Below the pieces are notes generated by a model. That model did no database searches. It saw only the letters and a program-made list of their open reading frames with translations, and was not told the origin of the DNA. The position numbers and the translations under genes are program-made. Positions 3,930 through 6,512 of a stretch of DNA of 6,512 nucleotides are shown here, in pieces (the first letter of the stretch is position 1; every line of letters starts with the position of its first letter). This stretch comes from Candidatus Iainarchaeum sp. (lineage in GTDB: Archaea; Iainarchaeota; Iainarchaeia; Iainarchaeales; CSSED10-239). The DNA lies in assembly GCA_937968065.1 (NCBI GenBank), contig CALBUD010000042.1:1-6512 (forward strand). Reading direction: 5' to 3'.

Positions 3930-6418
3930 TTCTTCTTCTTTTTAACAGTTTTATTTTTTATAACTTTTTTTGGTCTCAGCTTAACTATTAATAATATTAT
4001 TGCTAAAATTATAACTAATAATATAAAAATAGTTATAAAATTATAAGTTCCAGTTCCATATCTAATATCATCTTGAACAACTAGAATACATTCACAATTA
4101 ACTCTATCTAGTCTATATCCTGGGCCACATTCTATTTTACATGGAATTATATCTTGGTGATCAACACACTGACATGTCTCTTCATCAAGATATTGTATAT
4201 CTGGATTACATGTAATATTACAATCAATTGGATCTATAATAACATCTACACACACACAATCATCAGTATTTAATATTTGATTTTCACCACAAGTTATGTT
4301 ACATAGGTCTACTGGAAGATTATTATCAGGAGGAGTTATTTCTTTAGGAGTGTTTTGATCAGGAACATTAGGTGAACTGTCTTTTTCTTTAGCACTTATT
4401 TGAAATTCTGAAAAAGAAGGAATTTCTGAAAGATAGATATAAAAACCATTTTCTAACTTTTGCATTCCAGTTTCTAAAAGAACATATTTCCCATTTTCAT
4501 AATGATAAAGATTAATTTTATCATGAGAGGTATTTTTAGCTGTTAGCCAAGTTGTTGGTATTTTAAACTTTAAAATATAATCTTCTCCTTCTAAAGATTT
4601 TGAAGTTTTAATATCATAACATCCATAACTTTTATCTAAAGTTGAAGAACAGTTTTTTTCAATAACTGTAAAATGATCAATACTTCTTCTAACTCCATTC
4701 TTTAAAGCACTTATTTCTAAAAATTCTATTGGTAAAAATTCAAAATCAAGTTGTATTTCTTCATAATTTAAATTATTTAAAGTTATTTCAATTGGTTTTT
4801 CATTTATTTTTGATAATAAACCAATAGTATAATATTTTGAAAAAGTTTTTGTTTTTAAAATATTATTCTTATATTCTTTTTTAAAATATAAAAGATCGTC
4901 TGAAAAATTATCTGCTTTTATATCTTCATTTAAATAATTATATTCATCTTCATTATAGATTAATAAAGAGTCAATATCTATTTTATGTCCGTTATTATAA
5001 AACTTAAATTTTATAGGTTTATAAACCTCTATAAAAGAATCTTGACTTTCAGTCAAAGACAATTTATCTAAAGAAACTGTTGATTCTTTAATAGTTATTT
5101 TAGAATCTTTATTTGTTATGTGATTTTGAGAACATTTATTAAGATTAATATTTTTTAAATTTAATTCTGTTTGATTTTCTGTATATATACAAAAAGGAGT
5201 GTTATTTGAATTTATTTGTATTTCATTAACTCCTAAAATAGAATTATTTACGTTTAGTAATCTATAATTATTAGTATTTAGAGTTATTGTTTCATTTGAT
5301 TGAACTATTTTTACAATTAATCCTTCAGAATTAATTATTTCAAAACCTCTTACAAGACTAGAAGTTTTATTATTTAAAATATTAACTGTTGAAACAAAAA
5401 TGTTTGTATCATTAAAATACATTCCATATGTCTCTAAATCTCCTTTAATTTCAGAAAGATTTATTTCAATAAATGATCCTATATTACTTTTATTTGAAAA
5501 TATACCATAACTTTTAGAATGTTCAAAACCTATTTTATTAATATTAATTTTTGCAGAAGTTACAAGAGTTGATTGATTTATAAGATTAATACCTTTAACT
5601 TCTTGAAAACCATCTAAATTATTTATGTTTGTTTCTCCTGCTAAGATAATTAAAGAAGAGTTATTATCTAGAAAAATTCCGTTTGTATATTTTTTTCCTT
5701 GAACATCTGTTATTGTTATTGGAGAAGTTGAGGTTAGATTTGAGTTTAAAAGTTTAATTCCATTCAAGATTGCTGTAGAATCTGTACTTGTAGATTTTAT
5801 GTCATTTATAATTAAGTTTCCTTCTTGAATTTTAATATCATCTGAATATTTTATTTCAAGTGCATTTATCTCTTTATTTGCTTTCCTTATACTTTCTATG
5901 TTTATGTTTCCTTTTAAGGTTATATTTTCAGAATTATTTATTAATATTACAGATAAAGCTTCTCCCGAATCGTATTGATCTTGAATATCATGTGCATTAA
6001 TGTTTTCTAAAATTATATTTTCAGAATCTGTTATCATTATTGCATTTTTAGAATTACTTGTGATATCTATATTTTTAATCAATATAGCTTCTGAACGAGT
6101 TACAACTATTCCTGCTGTTGTTGAGATTTGTGAAGTTATAAATACATTTTCATTTTCTCCTATTAGAAATATATTAGACATATCAGCAATAATTATTTGT
6201 TCTTGATATGTTCCTTCACACACAATTAGATTTGCACTTGTTATTCCTTGTGATTTTATATCAAGTATAGCAAGTGATGTTGAATTATAAGTAGGTGTTT
6301 GACATTGGGGTGATTGTCCTGAAACTCCATCTCCTATATAAAAAGTGGGTGTAAAAGCAAAAAGGTTGTTTGCAAAAAACAAAATTAAAAAAATAAGTAG
6401 AATATACATTTTTTTCAT
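3926..6418 (-). CDS. Large secreted, C-terminally membrane-anchored cell-surface protein (putative adhesin or S-layer-like glycoprotein). Contains a beta-helix, a PGF-pre-PGF-like domain, a Cys-repeat stalk and a TM anchor.
   Basis: 830-aa ORF with an SD (AAGGAGA) 10 nt upstream. It has an N-terminal signal peptide, about 13-14 coils of ~24-26 aa with PbH1-like periodicity, and a C-terminal TM helix plus a basic tail. I count about 20 N-x-S/T sequons in the predicted extracellular part. Sub-features are listed separately. Confidence 0.8.
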   Translation of the reverse strand: MKKMYILLIFLILFFANNLFAFTPTFYIGDGVSGQSPQCQTPTYNSTSLAILDIKSQGITSANLIVCEGTYQEQIIIADMSNIFLIGENENVFITSQISTTAGIVVTRSEAILIKNIDITSNSKNAIMITDSENIILENINAHDIQDQYDSGEALSVILINNSENITLKGNINIESIRKANKEINALEIKYSDDIKIQEGNLIINDIKSTSTDSTAILNGIKLLNSNLTSTSPITITDVQGKKYTNGIFLDNNSSLIILAGETNINNLDGFQEVKGINLINQSTLVTSAKININKIGFEHSKSYGIFSNKSNIGSFIEINLSEIKGDLETYGMYFNDTNIFVSTVNILNNKTSSLVRGFEIINSEGLIVKIVQSNETITLNTNNYRLLNVNNSILGVNEIQINSNNTPFCIYTENQTELNLKNINLNKCSQNHITNKDSKITIKESTVSLDKLSLTESQDSFIEVYKPIKFKFYNNGHKIDIDSLLIYNEDEYNYLNEDIKADNFSDDLLYFKKEYKNNILKTKTFSKYYTIGLLSKINEKPIEITLNNLNYEEIQLDFEFLPIEFLEISALKNGVRRSIDHFTVIEKNCSSTLDKSYGCYDIKTSKSLEGEDYILKFKIPTTWLTAKNTSHDKINLYHYENGKYVLLETGMQKLENGFYIYLSEIPSFSEFQISAKEKDSSPNVPDQNTPKEITPPDNNLPVDLCNITCGENQILNTDDCVCVDVIIDPIDCNITCNPDIQYLDEETCQCVDHQDIIPCKIECGPGYRLDRVNCECILVVQDDIRYGTGTYNFITIFILLVIILAIILLIVKLRPKKVIKNKTVKKKKK
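3929..4045 (-). other. C-terminal transmembrane anchor (residues 792-814) plus a 16-residue Lys-rich cytoplasmic tail (815-830).
   Basis: YNFITIFILLVIILAIILLIVKL is followed by RPKKVIKNKTVKKKKK and the stop. By the positive-inside rule the bulk of the protein is outside the cell. Confidence 0.75.
4088..4303 (-). repeat. Three tandem 27-aa (81-nt) four-cysteine repeats, C-x3-C-x10/11-C-x-C, forming a juxtamembrane stalk (residues 706-777).
   Basis: R1 is CNITCGENQILNTDDCVCVDVIIDPID. R2 is CNITCNPDIQYLDEETCQCVDHQDIIP. R3 is CKIECGPGYRLDRVNCEC. The first Cys of each unit is at residue 706, 733 and 760, an exact 27-residue spacing. These 12 Cys make up a large share of the 21 in the protein. Confidence 0.8.
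4385..4741 (-). other. PGF-pre-PGF-like archaeal surface-protein domain, residues ~560-678.
   Basis: The C-terminal half, YILKFKIPTTWLTAKNTSHDKINLYHYENGKYVLLETGMQKLENGFYIYLSEIPSFSEFQISA, fits my recollection of the family pattern: a.i.F.v...wl....v.lyry.dg.W..L.T......y.a.tpgFS.FAI. Recognised from memory and not searched. Confidence 0.5.
5069..6304 (-). other. Right-handed parallel beta-helix (pectin-lyase-fold / PbH1 repeat) domain, residues ~39-450.
   Basis: The opening C..PTY.S...AI.......ANLIVCEGTYQEQIII is typical of beta-helix caps. Repeated coils follow, for example AGIVVTRSEAILIKNIDITSNS, KNAIMITDSENIILENINAHDIQ, ALSVILINNSENITLKGNINIESI, YTNGIFLDNNSSLIILAGETNINNL, VKGINLINQSTLVTSAKININKI, SYGIFSNKSNIGSFIEINLSEI and VRGFEIINSEGLIVKIVQSNETITL. 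Domain boundaries are approximate. Confidence 0.65.
6356..6418 (-). other. Signal peptide of the surface protein (residues 1-21).
   Basis: MKK (n-region), YILLIFLILFF (h-region), ANNLFA (c-region, Ala at -1), then FTPTFYIG. The cleavage position is a by-eye estimate. Confidence 0.6.
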
Positions 6419-6428
6419 TATTGATTAA

Positions 6429-6435
6429 TCTCCTT
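6429..6435 (-). promoter_or_regulatory. Shine-Dalgarno site of the surface-protein gene.
   Basis: The minus strand reads AAAGGAGATTAATCAATA-ATG. AAGGAGA is 10 nt from the start. Confidence 0.5.
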
Positions 6436-6512
6436 TAGTATATTATTAATAAATAATTAAAATTATAAACAAAAAGATAAATATAAACTTATGAAAGCAA
6501 AAAAAATCTCTA

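Noticed and set aside
6000-6206. A 68-aa plus-strand ORF from the track.
   Set aside because: It is antisense inside the beta-helix region of the surface-protein gene. It is hydrophobic and Ile-rich by composition only and has no start context or motif.
6491-6512. A plus-strand ATG (atgaaagcaaaaaaaatctcta, MKAKKIS...) that could begin a gene divergent from the surface-protein gene.
   Set aside because: Only 7 codons are visible before the window ends and there is no SD upstream, so the call cannot be supported. It is worth checking once the contig is extended.
1-6512. A scan for tRNA, rRNA or other structured RNA, CRISPR repeats, IS or transposase ends, integrases, long direct or inverted nucleotide repeats, and stop-codon reassignment.
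   Set aside because: Intergenic spacers are only 22-146 nt and lack G+C-rich stems. I saw no repeated ~25-40-nt units with spacers, no transposase- or integrase-like ORFs and no terminal inverted repeats. TAA, TAG and TGA each terminate at least one well-supported gene, so the code is standard.

Overview
The window is very AT-rich (about three quarters A+T by eye) and gene-dense, and it uses the standard genetic code: TAA, TAG and TGA all serve as stops. I call six protein genes and no RNA genes, CRISPR arrays or mobile elements.

Genes, left to right:
1. 1..810 (-): a 5'-partial membrane-anchored metallophosphoesterase. It is missing from the supplied ORF track; I found it by hand translation.
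2. 957..1952 (+): archaeal/eukaryotic-type diphthamide synthase Dph2. The track start at 897 is probably 20 codons too long.
3. 2002..2283 (-): a 93-aa encapsulated-ferritin-family (EncFtn) protein. It has no targeting tail and no shell gene next to it.
4. 2369..3472 (+): tRNA 2-thiouridylase MnmA of the CxxC...C (Fe-S-type) variety.
5. 3926..6418 (-): an 830-aa secreted, C-terminally anchored surface protein. In order it has a signal peptide, a parallel beta-helix, a PGF-pre-PGF-like domain, a Pro-rich linker, three 27-aa four-Cys repeats, a TM helix and a poly-Lys tail.
6. 3495..3929 (-): a 144-aa minimal Pol-beta-fold nucleotidyltransferase whose start overlaps the stop of gene 5 by ATGA.

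Dph2 and the PGF-pre-PGF-like surface domain point to an archaeon. The extreme AT content and tiny spacers suggest a reduced, DPANN-like genome, but that is inference only.

Gene strands alternate at every junction except the surface-protein/nucleotidyltransferase pair, so that pair is the only apparent operon and the best candidate for an undescribed module. Secondary points of interest are the orphan EncFtn, a bacterial-type Fe-S MnmA in an apparently archaeal context, and an iron/Fe-S theme across three adjacent genes. Much of the window is otherwise ordinary housekeeping.
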